Positions 51,355 to 63,667 are shown, counted from the first letter of the whole stretch. The stretch: DNA of 63,667 bases, filler included, from Octopus bimaculoides (GCF_001194135.2; 7 parts of 7 records of this genome joined end to end with filler, not necessarily neighbours in it), one strand, 5' to 3'. The notes: generated by a model from the letters alone, not told the origin. Numbers and translations are program-made.

Positions 51355-51955
51355 AATGCTATTGCGCCTGTGATCCACCTATGTCACTGCTGGTGATATC
51401 ATCAATTTTAAAATTTATCCACAGATGATATGAACAGTAATGACATCTGATTTCAAATCTCAGTGCTTGAATGTTTTGCTTATAAATTTTTATGCACCAC
51501 GTGCTCTGTTTTTTTTTAGCGTAAAACAAAACCAGTTGCACAGTCAGAGTTGAACGTGACATTTATGGATTATTACCCGGTAGGCCACACTGATGAGGCT
51601 TAGGGTTTAAATACCCAAAAGCCGAAACCTGGTCTGTGTATATCCTAATTGCATAATATTTTTATTTGTGCTATTAGATGTTTTAATTCTTTCTGTTTTC
51701 CTCGTATACTGTTTTTCTCTGTTATGTTGGTGCAGTACGGTGGATTAATTTAAGACTTTAGCTCTTATTTCTAGCAGGTAGATGCTCGTTAAGCATCATT
51801 ATGCTTCGTGCAAATTTTCAATTCATAGCTATTTAATGCTATTGCGCCTGTGATCCACCTATGTCACTGCTGGTGATATCAACTTTAAAATTTATTCACA
51901 GATGATATGAACAGTAGCAACATCTGATTTCAAATCTCAGTGTTTGAGTGCTTTG

Positions 51956-51960
<5 letters not shown>
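51355..51960 (+). mobile_element. Hammerhead-bearing non-autonomous element, 1.27 copies of a 480-bp unit (retrozyme/Penelope-like)
   Basis: Direct repeats at 51355-51483 and 51835-51960 (offset 480, a few substitutions and one 3-bp indel) flank a unique segment containing the ribozyme; followed by (AT)n. Confidence 0.75.
51586..51638 (+). ncRNA. Canonical type I hammerhead ribozyme (family 4)
   Basis: CACA-CUGAUGA-[GGCUU a GGGU uuaaau ACCC aa AAGCC]-GAAA-CC u GG-UC^UGUG. Intact core, GUC triplet ending at 51634. Confidence 0.88.
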
Positions 51961-52026
<66 letters not shown>

Positions 52027-52762
52027 CAGACTTCTTTCAGTTTCCGTCTATCTAGAGTGGATTTCAGAATCCACTCACAAGATTTTGGTCAGTCCGGAGC
52101 TATAGCAGATGGTACCTGCCCAAGGTGCCGCACATCGAGAGTGAACCCAATGCCACATGATTGGGAAGCATTTTTCTGAACTACACAGGCACGTCTGCGC
52201 CTATATAAAAGAATCTTTCACCTCGAATTACATTTCCAAAATCAAGATGCGTCTTCCGCGATGCAGCATCTGCCATTCCGCAAAATACGGTACACCCGTC
52301 TCACAAGACGGGTGTACTAATAAATATTTACTGCCAGTACCCTCGAGTATATGCGTTACTGTGTGCATTAATAGTGTTAACGATAACGGAAGCAAGTTGT
52401 ATAACTTCCTGCTTTTCTTAAAATTTTGCTTTCTTTGCTTCAATAAATTCGCTAATTGCAATTTTTATATATTTTTGGAATTCTATTTTTAACCCTATTT
52501 TAACTGATTAAATTTTGCTTGTATATTTATTGATTATATTACATTTATTTTGTTTTGTTTCATTAATTATTTTTATTGTTTTGTTTCAAATATTGTTTTA
52601 TTAATTCATTTTTTAGTTTGTTTTTTTTTTCTCTTTGTTCTTTTGCATTTCGACATTCATGCTGCTTCTTATATCCGCTTCTTGTGACAACACTACATGC
52701 CATTTTCCATAAATATTAACATTATCATATTGAATTTCCCACAACTGTTTGACATACACACA

Positions 52763-52801
<39 letters not shown>

Positions 52802-53417
52802 ACACACACACATACACATATACATACACACATGCACGCAGACGCACACGCGCACACGCACGTATAATTATCTTAAATGTCTAAGAACATGATACCATCT
52901 CTACAGACCGTTTTCCAAATATATTAGCATCGTCATGCTAAATGTTCAAAAACTATTTGTTATACATATATATATGTGTGTGTGTGTGTTATATATATAT
53001 TATATTATATTGTATTATATATACATATATATTATATTTTATATATATATACATATATTTATATTATATGTATGTGTATGTATATATGTATGTGTGTATG
53101 TATGTATACATGTATGTATGCATGTATGTTTGTGTGTATGCATGTATGTATGTATGTATGTATGTATGTATGCATGTGTGTGTGCATGTATGCATGCATG
53201 TATGTATATATGTATGTATGTATACGATGCGGTAATACTTCCCACTTTTACTGATTGACGAATGTTTCAATTGCAAATGGACAGCGTGCATCGGTCCAAA
53301 CTATAATGACCACTGAAAGAAAACGGTGAAGCATGAACTAAATGAAGACACCATTGCCACTTGCCTCAGTTCTTCATTTACTAATATACAGCAAAACAAG
53401 AGCAAGATGCTCTTCCG

Positions 53418-53567
<150 letters not shown>

Positions 53568-53964
53568 CACAGCCGCATACACACACACACAAACACACAT
53601 ACTAGCACTATCATTTTTTACAGTACCTTCCCATAATGCATTGCTGTTATCCTTTAATCAATTAACCAACCTTATGGCTTTATTATCTCTTTACAACTGT
53701 TTCAAAGCTTTTTGTTCTTAATATTGTTGTTGTTATTGATTTTTGTTTTTTGTTGTTGTTGTTTTTGTTTCTTTGTTTTTTTGCTTTATGTTTTCAGAAG
53801 TGCTGCCCACTCAAATTCGAACTCTTCACCCACGAATGCGGGCGAAGTGACAATTGCTTTGTTTATGTCACGCCGATTTCTTACTAATATAAGGTCACTC
53901 TTTCGCTCTTTCCCTTTGTCTCCGTTTCTTTATCTCTTTCTCTTTCTTTTTCGTTCTTTTACCG

Positions 53965-54035
<71 letters not shown>

Positions 54036-54414
54036 CTCTCTTTCGCTGTATGTCTCTTCTCTTACTTTCTCTGCTCCCTAATGTCACTTTACATATCCAA
54101 ATAGTTGATCGAAATAGATATAGAATTAAATACACCCAAAAATTGAGCCTACTCTAGGCAGCAAGCGTCAGAACCAGAAAACAGATACCCACACGGGAAA
54201 TAGACACAGAAGGTCACCAAATCTTCTTCAATTTCGTGCCTTCAATGACAATATTGATCCCCTTCTGGTGATGCCGACAGCACGATGCCGTTGGGAAATG
54301 GAGAACAAACGAACAAGGGACCAAACATGGCACAAAATGAACAAACAAGAAATAAACAAATATACAACACAGAAAGTGAACATACAAATATAAAATAAAA
54401 GTAATTCAAGATGT

Positions 54415-55160
54415 GACAATTAGTGGCATTTCGTCCGTCTTTACATTCCGATTTCAAATTCCACCAAAGTTATCTTTGCCTTTCATCCTTTCGGAGTCGA
54501 TAAAATAAGTACCAGCTGAATACTGGGGTCGATGTAATCGACTTCTCCCTTCCCTCAGAAACTGCTAGCCCTATACCAAAATTTGAAATCATTATTGTGT
54601 CTACTCTAAGTTATAACATTTTATGCCTAAGTGAAGGCGGGTAGCTGACAGAATCGTTAGCACGTTGCACAGAATGCTTTGCAGCACTTCTTCCAGTGAT
54701 TGTGTAACAATATCGGTGTCAATTATAGGGCGGCAGGCAGGCAGAATTGTTAGCACCCAGGGTAAAATGCTTAGCAGCGTTACGTTCTGTGTTCAAATTC
54801 CGCCGCGGTCGACTTTGACTTTTATCCTTTCATAGTCGATAAAATAAGTATCAGTTGAGTACTGGAGTCGATGTAATCGACTTAACCCACCCCGAACTTG
54901 CTGGCCTTGTGCCAAAATTTGGAACCAATATTTCTGCTAGTGATACTGCTGTTGTTGTCTGGAGGAATTAGTAGAGCATCAGACAAAATGCATTGCGACA
55001 TATTTACATTCCAAATTCAAATTCTGTTGAGGAGAACTTTGTCTTTCATCCTTTCAGGGTCGATAAATACCAGTAGAGAGCTGGAGGCTGATGTAATCGA
55101 CTTACCCAGCCTCCCCACCCCCTAACTTGATGGTCCGGTGCCAAAATTTTAAAATCAATG
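54415..55160 (+). mobile_element. Four family A SINE copies/fragments in direct orientation
   Basis: About 54415-54595, 54632-54695 (head only), 54728-54932 and 54955-55160. Confidence 0.8.
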
Positions 55161-55529
55161 TCGGCATCGGTAGTAATGTGATGTGGTGGCATGGATAGTG
55201 TAGCAGTGTGGTAATAGTTGTATAGCTTATTGTGGAGATTGTGGTTATGTTTAGTTGCAAAGTCGCTGAAGGTGGTACTGTAGTAGCTACACTATTAATA
55301 CAGTACAAGCACTAGTATCAATAATGCTACGGTTTAGTGCTTAGATTACTCACAATGCAATAAATGTATCACGACTGCACCAAAGTTCCTCTGCACTTGA
55401 TAACCTATTAACATTGCACTGCTTCGCTGTTCTGCCATATGCATTTTCTTTCTTTTCTTTTTTTCTCAATGTTACTTTCATTTTTAACCCCGCGGGGTGC
55501 ATACATATATAGTGGGGTGCAGCTTTGTT

Positions 55530-55715
55530 TTGTTCTTACTGATTGACAACTTATGTCAGTTTGTTTGTAGCCCCATAAACAAGCAGTTTGACAGAAATTA
55601 TCCGACAGTATAACTACCCGACTTAAGTACTTGAATTCAATAGACCTACTAAACTCTTCCCCAGCTTGGCCGCAATCCAACGACTGCAACAATGGAAAGA
55701 ATATAAGAAAAAAAG
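55530..55715 (+). mobile_element. Degenerate SINE body with CR1-like tail
   Basis: Ends CTTCCCCAGCTTGGCCGCAATCCAACGACTGCAAC...AAGAAAAAAG. Confidence 0.5.
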
Positions 55716-56697
55716 AAATGTAATTTTGTTGCTAGGGAAATAACAGTGGAAGATTCGTGCCTGGAAACTGAAAGACTGCTTTCAATCAGATTAGATCATA
55801 TAAGCTTCAATATTATCAAATTCACGTGGTCTGATGTCATAATATATACAATCCATGAATATCCTCGGTTTAAAATTCACTGATGTTAACTTTGATAATA
55901 GATACCTCACAGCGATTATGCAATATACCATACAACAAAAGACTGCACTAATCTTGATTGTATATATAAAAAGAACATAACTACAAAGTGTCGTCTTGTC
56001 TTCTAATATAATTCCATTCACTTTTAAGATGTATTATAGGAATTAAAGAACAACTACAGTATTTAAATATAGTACTGCACTAATCTAAAATGTGGTGATG
56101 AAGTTATATACTTTATTTTTTAACCTTTAACATGCTGTAGGCGCATCATGTCACCGTACGAGTTTTCTCCCCTCTCGATGCGACACAATGCGCCTGCGGT
56201 TTCAGGGCGATAACTCTTACGGCAATATGATGTACCTAAACGTCCTAAAAGTTAAAATGTGAAAAGTAGAATTTTGCTTAGTTCTCGACTATGTTTCTAT
56301 TATGTGAGTCTACAAACGAGCAGATGGTCGCATGTTTAAGATATACAACTACCACGACGTAATGAAGAGCTATAATCTACTGCTGATTTTTTTTTTTCTT
56401 TGTTTCTTGTCGTAAAACTACATCGCTTCAGTTCATCTGGTGTCATAATTAGGAACCAGATCAACGTCCTTCAGCCTCAGATCACAGGCAACCAATGAAT
56501 TCATCTGTCAGTAATAAAGATTGCATGGAGTCAGTTGGTATATCTTACACGTTTGTCCACCTTCTCGCTTCTACGCTCACTGTACGGACGCAACATCGAG
56601 AGTTAAACAAAATTTCCCCATTTCACATTTTTTAATATAGGTGTATTTTGTTTCGATCTACCGCTTCGCTGTTCTGTCCAAACATTTGCTTTGATTA

Positions 56698-56787
<90 letters not shown>

Positions 56788-57239
56788 GTGCGTGTGTACA
56801 ACATGAGAGATCATCAACTACCAAATTCATAATCCTTTCATACTGTTGATAGTAAAATTGGTGCTAATGTACTTCATTGTAGTAAACTAAAAAATTTTAA
56901 TTAAAATTACGTCCCTAATGACGATACACAATCGTTAGTTTAAAGATAAATTTTGGTGTAGAAAGACAGGGGAGTACTCCAGAATTTTAATTAATTAAAA
57001 TTAAAACTAAAATGCAGTGATGATTGAGCGGCGTAACAGTTAAAGTAATCGTAAGAGTTTTCATGTTATTGATAAAAACGTAAAATAGACCATATTTACT
57101 GCTAAAAAAAAAAACTAAAAGTCAATTAACTGCAACAAGTATCATGTGATAATCTATAAAGATGATTCCATATAAAATTGGTAAAATTCATGCAAACTTA
57201 AACGTGAACATTCCATTAGAACAAACTGTACTGCGCTTA

Positions 57240-57745
57240 GATATCATGAGAAAAACTCTTATATTGGCTTTTGGTGCAAAATTCACTCATTTTCATATCG
57301 CTGGTGGAGAGATAAATCCCCACCATCTCCAGCGCCGAGACCACCAGATCACATGATTTCGACCTTCCTTGGTCTTGTCAATAACGGACTCTCGACAGCT
57401 AGAGATAGCAGCAATTCGACCCTGCTAAAGATATATAGAATAACTGTACCAGAACAGGCGCTTGTGTCACGATTAGCCAGTGGGCTTGTTAAAAAATATT
57501 CATTATCGACAGAGGCAGTATTAATACCGAGAGGTAGTTTTTATCCCCACTTAAATGGGGCTGTTCTGTTATGACAAATTATACTGTGGTTGATACCATG
57601 AAAGAAACTCTCATATTGGCTTTTCCTGCAAAATGCACTTATTTACATCGCTTATTTACATGGAGATAATTCCCCCACCATCTCCAGCGCTGAGATCACC
57701 AGATCATGTGATTTGAACCTTCCTTGGTCTTGTCAATGATGGATG
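57240..57745. repeat. ~150-bp direct repeat pair, period 352 bp, followed by (GT)n
   Basis: CATGA..AA.ACTCT.ATATTGGCTTTT...CCCCACCATCTCCAGCGC.GAGA.CACCAGATCA...CCTTCCTTGGTCTTGTCAAT at 57240-57389 and 57592-57745. Confidence 0.85.
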
Positions 57746-57746
57746 C

Positions 57747-57785
<39 letters not shown>

Positions 57786-57869
57786 TGTGTGTGTGTGTGT
57801 GCGTGTGCGCGCGTGTGTGTTTGTGTGTGTGTGTGTGTGTGTGCATGTGTGTGTGTATGTGTGTGTGTA

Positions 57870-57950
57870 TACAACAGGCTTATTTCAGTTTCCTGCTACC
57901 AAATTCACCCACAAGGTTTGGTCGGCTCTGGACTACAATACAAGTCACTT
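57870..57950 (-). mobile_element. SINE head B fragment truncated by gap
   Basis: TTTCAGTTTCCTGCTACCAAATTCACCCACAAGGTTTGGTCGGC. Confidence 0.65.
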
Positions 57951-58865
57951 NNNNNNNNNNNNNNNNNNNNNNNNNNNNNNNNNNNNNNNNNNNNNNNNNN
58001 NNNNNNNNNNNNNNNNNNNNNNNNNNNNNNNNNNNNNNNNNNNNNNNNNNNNNNNNNNNNNNNNNNNNNNNNNNNNNNNNNNNNNNNNNNNNNNNNNNNN
58101 NNNNNNNNNNNNNNNNATCAGAACTGTATAACATGATGTTATCTCTCTGTGATTTGCTCCACCTATACCTCGAACGCCACCTCTCGTTTATTTTTCCCCC
58201 TTAAAAGTATAGAGTCAATTTTTAAAAGGAAAAGGTTTATAATATTACTTTAAATCGCCCCTGAGTAGGATAGAGTTAAAATCCTGCCGAGCGGACGAGG
58301 TGTGGCTAGTTGTCATTCTCAGTTTTATTCATGCCGTTGAGAAAAGATTGGATGTTACAACGATGCCGTCACTGTTTTTTTTTTTTGTTTTTGTTTTTTT
58401 TAATCAAATGTGTGACGTTTTGCTTAATTCAGAAAACATTACTCATCAGCGCTTGATCAAGAAACTGTTGGAAAATGAACAACATCGAATTAAGATGTCG
58501 CTGGACTGCGAATTCTACAGCTGTGCTGTTTAATAATGTTGATTTTCCAAAGATAATGACAGCATCCAAACATAATCTCTTGTCTTCTCTAATGGCAGCT
58601 CTGATTACATTCTTCCTGTTGTCGTTCTGTTGTTGTTGCTGTTGTTTTTGTTGCTGTTGCTCTTTGTTGCTGTTATATTTTCAATATACATATTTCTGCT
58701 TCCTTCGTCTTCCCCAAAGATAGTTCACTAGAACAAACAACGTCATTTTACTTCTACTTAAAATGCCAATTTAGAGAGTAGCATTTAGAGAAATCATTTA
58801 TGAATAATGGATGTCAAAACTAGTCATTTATCAAGCAGTAATATCATCACCATCATCATCATCAC

Positions 58866-58928
<63 letters not shown>

Positions 58929-59208
58929 CTCGAAATATACCCGAGGCATTTTCTACTTAATTTACATGATTTCACTTTATCAATCTTCGCTTCATCTAAA
59001 ACACAATCAGATGAAATAATATTCCATTTTTATTTAATAAATGAACATTGGAAATTTACAGCCAAAATATTCGACACATTGCTGAGGTTTAAATAGTTTA
59101 AGACACTNNNNNNNNNNNNNNNNNNNNNNNNNNNNNNNNNNNNNNNNNNNNTTAATTAATTAANNNNNNNNNNNNNNNNNNNNNNNNNNNNNNNNNNNNN
59201 NNNNNNNG

Positions 59209-61200
59209 GAAGCAGATAAGAAAAAATTTGCCAATGTTCTGCATTGTGAGGACCAAACACTTGAGGTATTTCGTGTTGCAAGTCAGTGTGTGAGAGAGAA
59301 TCGTGATGTCATGGGAGAGAAATGTGTTCGCATGGATGATGGTACGCATGCACTAAACGAGGCTGCAAAAAAAAAAGAGGTTTAGAGACGCCACTATGAA
59401 AGATTGCTCAATAAAAAGAATGAATGGGAGAAAGAGAATCTGCCGAATGTTGACCCAACAGAGGGACCAGAGTTGACAGTACCATGGTAAATAAAGCAAT
59501 TAAGAGTATGAAGACAGGGAAGGCCCCAAGCCCATCAGGAATCACTGCAGAGATGCTCAAAATATCTGACAGTGTCGGCTATAGCCTACTCACACGTATT
59601 ATAAACCAGGTGATACACGAAGGAGTCAAAACCAATCACTGGTGTAGCAGCACCATTGTCAACTGCTACAAAGGTAAAGGTGACGCTGTAGATACAAATA
59701 ATTACAGAGGTATCAAGTTGTTAGATCAGGGAATGAAAGTCACGGAGAGGGTCATAGCCCAACTAATTAGGGAGCGAGTCAGTTTAGATGAGATGCAGTT
59801 TGGGTTCATGCCTGAGAAAAGCACCACCGATGCTATATTTCTGGTAAGACAGCTTCAGGAGAAATACATAGCCAAGGATAAACCTCTGTACCTTGCTTTC
59901 GTTGACATGGAGAAAGCCTTTGACAGGGTTCCCCCGATCCCTCATCTGGTGGCCAATGAGAAAACTAGGGATAGAAGGATGGTTAGTGAGAGCTGTGCGA
60001 ACCATGCACAGAGATGCTGCCAGTAAGGTGAGGGTTGGAAATGAGTACAGTGAAGAATTCCGGGTAGAGGTAGGGGTCCACCAAGGTTCTGTCCTCAGCC
60101 CCCTCCTATTTATCATAGTTCTCCAGGCGATAACAGAGGAATTCAAGACAGGATGCCCATGGAAGCTCCTCTATGCTGATGACCTTGCACTAATTGCTGA
60201 GTCACTATCAGAACTAGAGGAAAAGTTTCAGGTGTGGAAGCAAGGACTAGAATCGAAGGGCCTTAGAGTCAACCTAGCTAAAACCAAAGTCTTAATAAGT
60301 AGGAAGGTAGACAAAACACAAACCCCTTTAGGTAGATNNNNNNNNNNNNNNNNNNNNNNNNNNNNNNNNNNNNNNNNNNNNNNNNNNNNNNNNNNNNNNN
60401 NNNNNNNNNNNNNNNNNNNNNNNNNNNNNNNNNNNNNNNNNNNNNNNNNNNNNNNNNNNNNNNNNNNNNNNNNNNNNNNNNNNNNNNNNNNNNNNNNNNN
60501 NNNNNNNNNNNNNNNNNNNNNNNNNNNNNNNNNNNNNNNNNNNNNNNNNNNNNNNNNNNNNNNNNNNNNNNNNNNNNNNNNNNNNNNNNNNNNNNNNNNN
60601 NNNNNNNNNNNNNNNNNNNNNNNNNNNNNNNNNNNNNNNNNNNNNNNNNNNNNNNNNNNNNNNNNNNNNNNNNNNNNNNNNNNNNNNNNNNNNNNNNNNN
60701 NNNNNNNNNNNNNNNNNNNNNNNNNNNNNNNNNNNNNNNNNNNNNNNNNNNNNNNNNNNNNNNNNNNNNNNNNNNCCGATGGATGTGTAATGTCAGTGTG
60801 CATACTAGACAGAGAGTAAGTACCTTGAGAGAACAGTTGAACCTAAGAAGCATCAGTTGTGGTGTGCAAGAGAGACGATTGCGCTGGTATGGTCATATGG
60901 CAAGAATGGATGATGATAGCTGTGTGAAAAAGTGCCACTCCATAGCAGTTGAGGGAACCTGTGGAAGAGGTAGGCCCAGGAAGACCTGGGATGAGGTGGT
61001 GAGGCACGACCTTCGAACATTGGGCCTCACTGAGGCGATGACTTCTGACCGAGACCTTTGGAAATACGCTGTGCGTGAGAAGACCCAGCAAGTCAAGTGA
61101 GACTTAAATCCAAGGCCTCAGTCAGGGGTGTAGCCAGCCCACTTATGGACACAAAACTCATTGGACACAAAACTCCACTTGCGAAGACCTGTTGAAGCAA
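59209..61200 (+). mobile_element. RTE-clade LINE, reverse transcriptase and C-terminal region (gapped)
   Basis: KTGKAPSPSG; YKGKGD; NYRGIKLL; QFGFMP..STTDAIF..RQLQEK; AFVDMEKAFDRVP; GVHQGSVLSPLLF; LLYADDL; RRLRWYGH; GRGRPRKTW. Frameshift at a C-run near 59935; stop at 61100. Confidence 0.95.
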
Positions 61201-61320
61201 GTGAAATCGAAATCGAACTNNNNNNNNNNNNNNNNNNNNNNNNNNNNNNNNNNNNNNNNNNNNTTAATTAATTAANNNNNNNNNNNNNNNNNNNNNNNNN
61301 NNNNNNNNNNNNNNNNNNNC

Positions 61321-62470
61321 AAAGAATTACAGATGCATCGCTCTTACAGCCATCGCTGAAAAAGTTTATAAGCTACTCTTACTCAACAGAATACAACCAG
61401 AAATTGAGAAAGCTTTGAGAAGAAATCAAAATGGCTTCAGAAAAAATAGATCAGCTGTCGGACAAATACTTACATTTCATCGTCTACTTGAAGGAACAAA
61501 AGCCAGAAATCTTGAAGTAGTATTACAATTTGTTGATTTCTCAAAAGCTTTTGTCTCCATCCACCGTGGTAAATCAATGGTGAGATCTCCAGATACAAGT
61601 TTCTTTGATATTAGAGCCGAAGTGCTCCAGGTAGACACTTTGGCACTTTTTCTCTTTGAGGTGACTCTGGATTATGTTCTCAGGACATCACTTGTCAATC
61701 TAAACAGCCTCGGTTTCACACTTACGAAGACTAGATCGATCGGACATCTAACTCAAAACATAATCGATATACACTATGCTGATAATTTAGCCTCGCTCTC
61801 TGACACAATATCAAACTCCTACCAATTACTTCATAGTCTAGAATTAGCTGCACATGATATTGGACTATGTTAATCCAAGTTAGACCAAATTCATCGCTCA
61901 TAATCAATAAGATCCATCACCCACATCAACGGTTACTCCATCAATCAAGCTGATGATTTTACGTACTTCGGTTCAAAGATAGCCTTAAAGGAAGGGGATG
62001 TAAAAACTCGAACAACTAAAACATGGTTGATCCTAAACAAACTTGATGTTGTCTGGAAATCAACCCTCTCAGAGAACCCGAAGATAAATTTTTCCCATAC
62101 GACAGTAGTTCTTTTTTTTATGGAGCAACAGCCTGGACGCTTACCGGAAAACTGGAAGCCAAGCTAGATAGAACTTATTCCCGAATGTTAAAAATAGTCT
62201 TAAACGTATATTGGAAAACTCATCCAACCAAGAAATAGTTGTAAGAAGATCTCCTATCTGCTCCCAACATTATAAGGGAAAGGCTTTTCCGTTTTGCGAG
62301 ACATTGCTGGTGATCTGAACAAGTGCAGGCAAATGACCTATTACTAGGGATTTCAAAGCATGGCTGTACTCCATCTGGTCGTCCGAACACAACCTATACA
62401 GACCAACCTACCAGAGATACTGCATGCCTTCCTGGAGACCTCTATCAATTAATACCGACACGGATGCCGT
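61321..62470 (+). mobile_element. Second, more degenerate RTE-group LINE of a different family
   Basis: KNYRCIALT; NQNGFRKNRS; FVDFSKAF..IHR; EVLQVDTLALFLF (GVLQGDTLAPFLF type); HYADNL; DFTYFGS; LFYGA.AWTL; GRPNTTY. Many stops and deletions. Confidence 0.85.
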
Positions 62471-63264
62471 ATGCAGTTTTAAAATGTCCGAGTAAGCTCG
62501 ACCAGCTGATAATCTTTGAAAAATTACCCTGCAAGATATATATATATATANNNNNNNNNNTATATATATATATATCGTACAGTTTTACCCCTCGATCTCC
62601 AAACGCTTGCTTCAGAAGGCACTTGAATTTAGTAAAGCATGTTACCATAACAATCATTAATATAGANNNNNNNNNNNNNNNNNNNNNNNNNNNNNNNNNN
62701 NNNNNNNNNNNNNNNNNNNNNNNNNNNNNNNNNNNNNNNNNNNNNNNNNNNNNNNNNNNNNNNNNNNNNNNNNNNNNNNNNNNNNNNNNNNNNNNNNNNN
62801 NNNNNNNNNNNNNNNNNNNNNNNNNNNNNNNNNNNNNNNNNNNNNNNNNNNNNNNNNNNNNNNNNNNNNNNNNNNNNNNNNNNNNNNNNNNNNNNNNNNN
62901 NNCTCGCAGATGCAGATGTGAAGGGCAAAGAATGACGGGAAAAGGCTGGGAAAAGAACAAAACACCAATCAGGTCTCTGCACAAAACTGAAATAGTATAA
63001 TACGANNNNNNNNNNNNNNNNNNNNNNNNNNNNNNNNNNNNNNNNNNNNNNNNNNNNNNNNNNNNNNNNNNNNNNNNNNNNNNNNTAATTTTGCGGAATC
63101 AGTGTCGCGACGTGAACCCATGGGTTGGAAGTTTGACTGACAGAGGTGGTCGGGTTGCAGAGATGGCCAGCGACGTGATGATGGTAGATGCAGTTGGGCT
63201 AAAAAATTGTGAAAGTTTCAATAACTCCAGTGACGGGAGAGTAATGGTGGCAGATTCACAAGTG

Positions 63265-63667
63265 TTATTGCAGGGCTTCTTTGTCGACAACGTTCCTGGT
63301 GTTGCCCGGATTCCCACAAATGAACAGATTGTGTGGACTGCCGACACGGGAGCATCTGACGTATAGTTGACCGTGGGTAAATACCTACTGTGTCAGATCT
63401 AGGCCAACTGCTTGTAACGATTGTTCCTGTGCCTTGTTGATGCTCATAGCAAAGCATACTTTTACGGGAAACTGCCATCGTATGAATTCAAATGGCACGG
63501 CAGAGTGACTAAGGCTCATGGGGGTTAATAACTTTGTCACGCCAGCAGACGGTCGATCAGAATGGTTGTCGTCAGAATTAAGGTCCTAATTTTTTTGATG
63601 AAAAGACGCGCACCGTTGCATAGTTCTGGTGGTTCCACGTTTCTCAGCAGCATAACTAGAACACCAA
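63265..63667 (-). mobile_element. Helitron RepHel PIF1-like helicase C-terminus (pseudogene), running off the window end
   Basis: Minus strand GVLVMLLRNVEPPELCNGARL...PFEFIRWQFPVKVCFAMSINKAQEQSLQAVGLDLTQ*VFTHGQLYVRCSRV...RNVVDKEALQ*; one frameshift and one stop. Confidence 0.9.

Larger units (their letters stand above)
51121..52202 (-). mobile_element. Composite SINE (head B 52025-52202, body/tail 51121-51325) interrupted at its internal microsatellite
   Basis: Both modules lie on the minus strand in the normal order, separated by the 51355-51960 insertion and (AT)n. Confidence 0.65.

Overview
AT-rich animal (eukaryotic) DNA from a gapped draft scaffold. The SINE, LINE and microsatellite complement suggests a coleoid cephalopod such as Octopus (inference only). 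I can support no intact host protein-coding gene. Almost all long ORFs in the track are N-gap or microsatellite artefacts. The recognisable coding remnants are all transposons: a DD34D mariner, a DD37D maT-type Tc1/mariner, a fold-back mariner derivative, a CR1 LINE, a Tx1/L1 remnant, two RTE LINEs and a Helitron helicase C-terminus. There are also hAT, piggyBac-like and Tc1/mariner MITEs and about 30 copies of modular tRNA-derived SINEs. The most interesting signal is non-coding: at least four sequence-unrelated small elements each carry a minimal type I hammerhead ribozyme. These are at 5420 (+), 22913 (+, with a compensatory U3-A8 core swap), 26621 (-)/26955 (+) (an inverted pair in a tRNA-B-box SINE-like element) and 51586 (+, a canonical GUC-cleaving motif in a 1.27-mer of a 480-bp unit). 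Most sit in or next to microsatellites. Together they suggest a Penelope-dependent, retrozyme-like system of self-cleaving non-autonomous elements. Coordinates of degenerate repeats are approximate and were read by eye.
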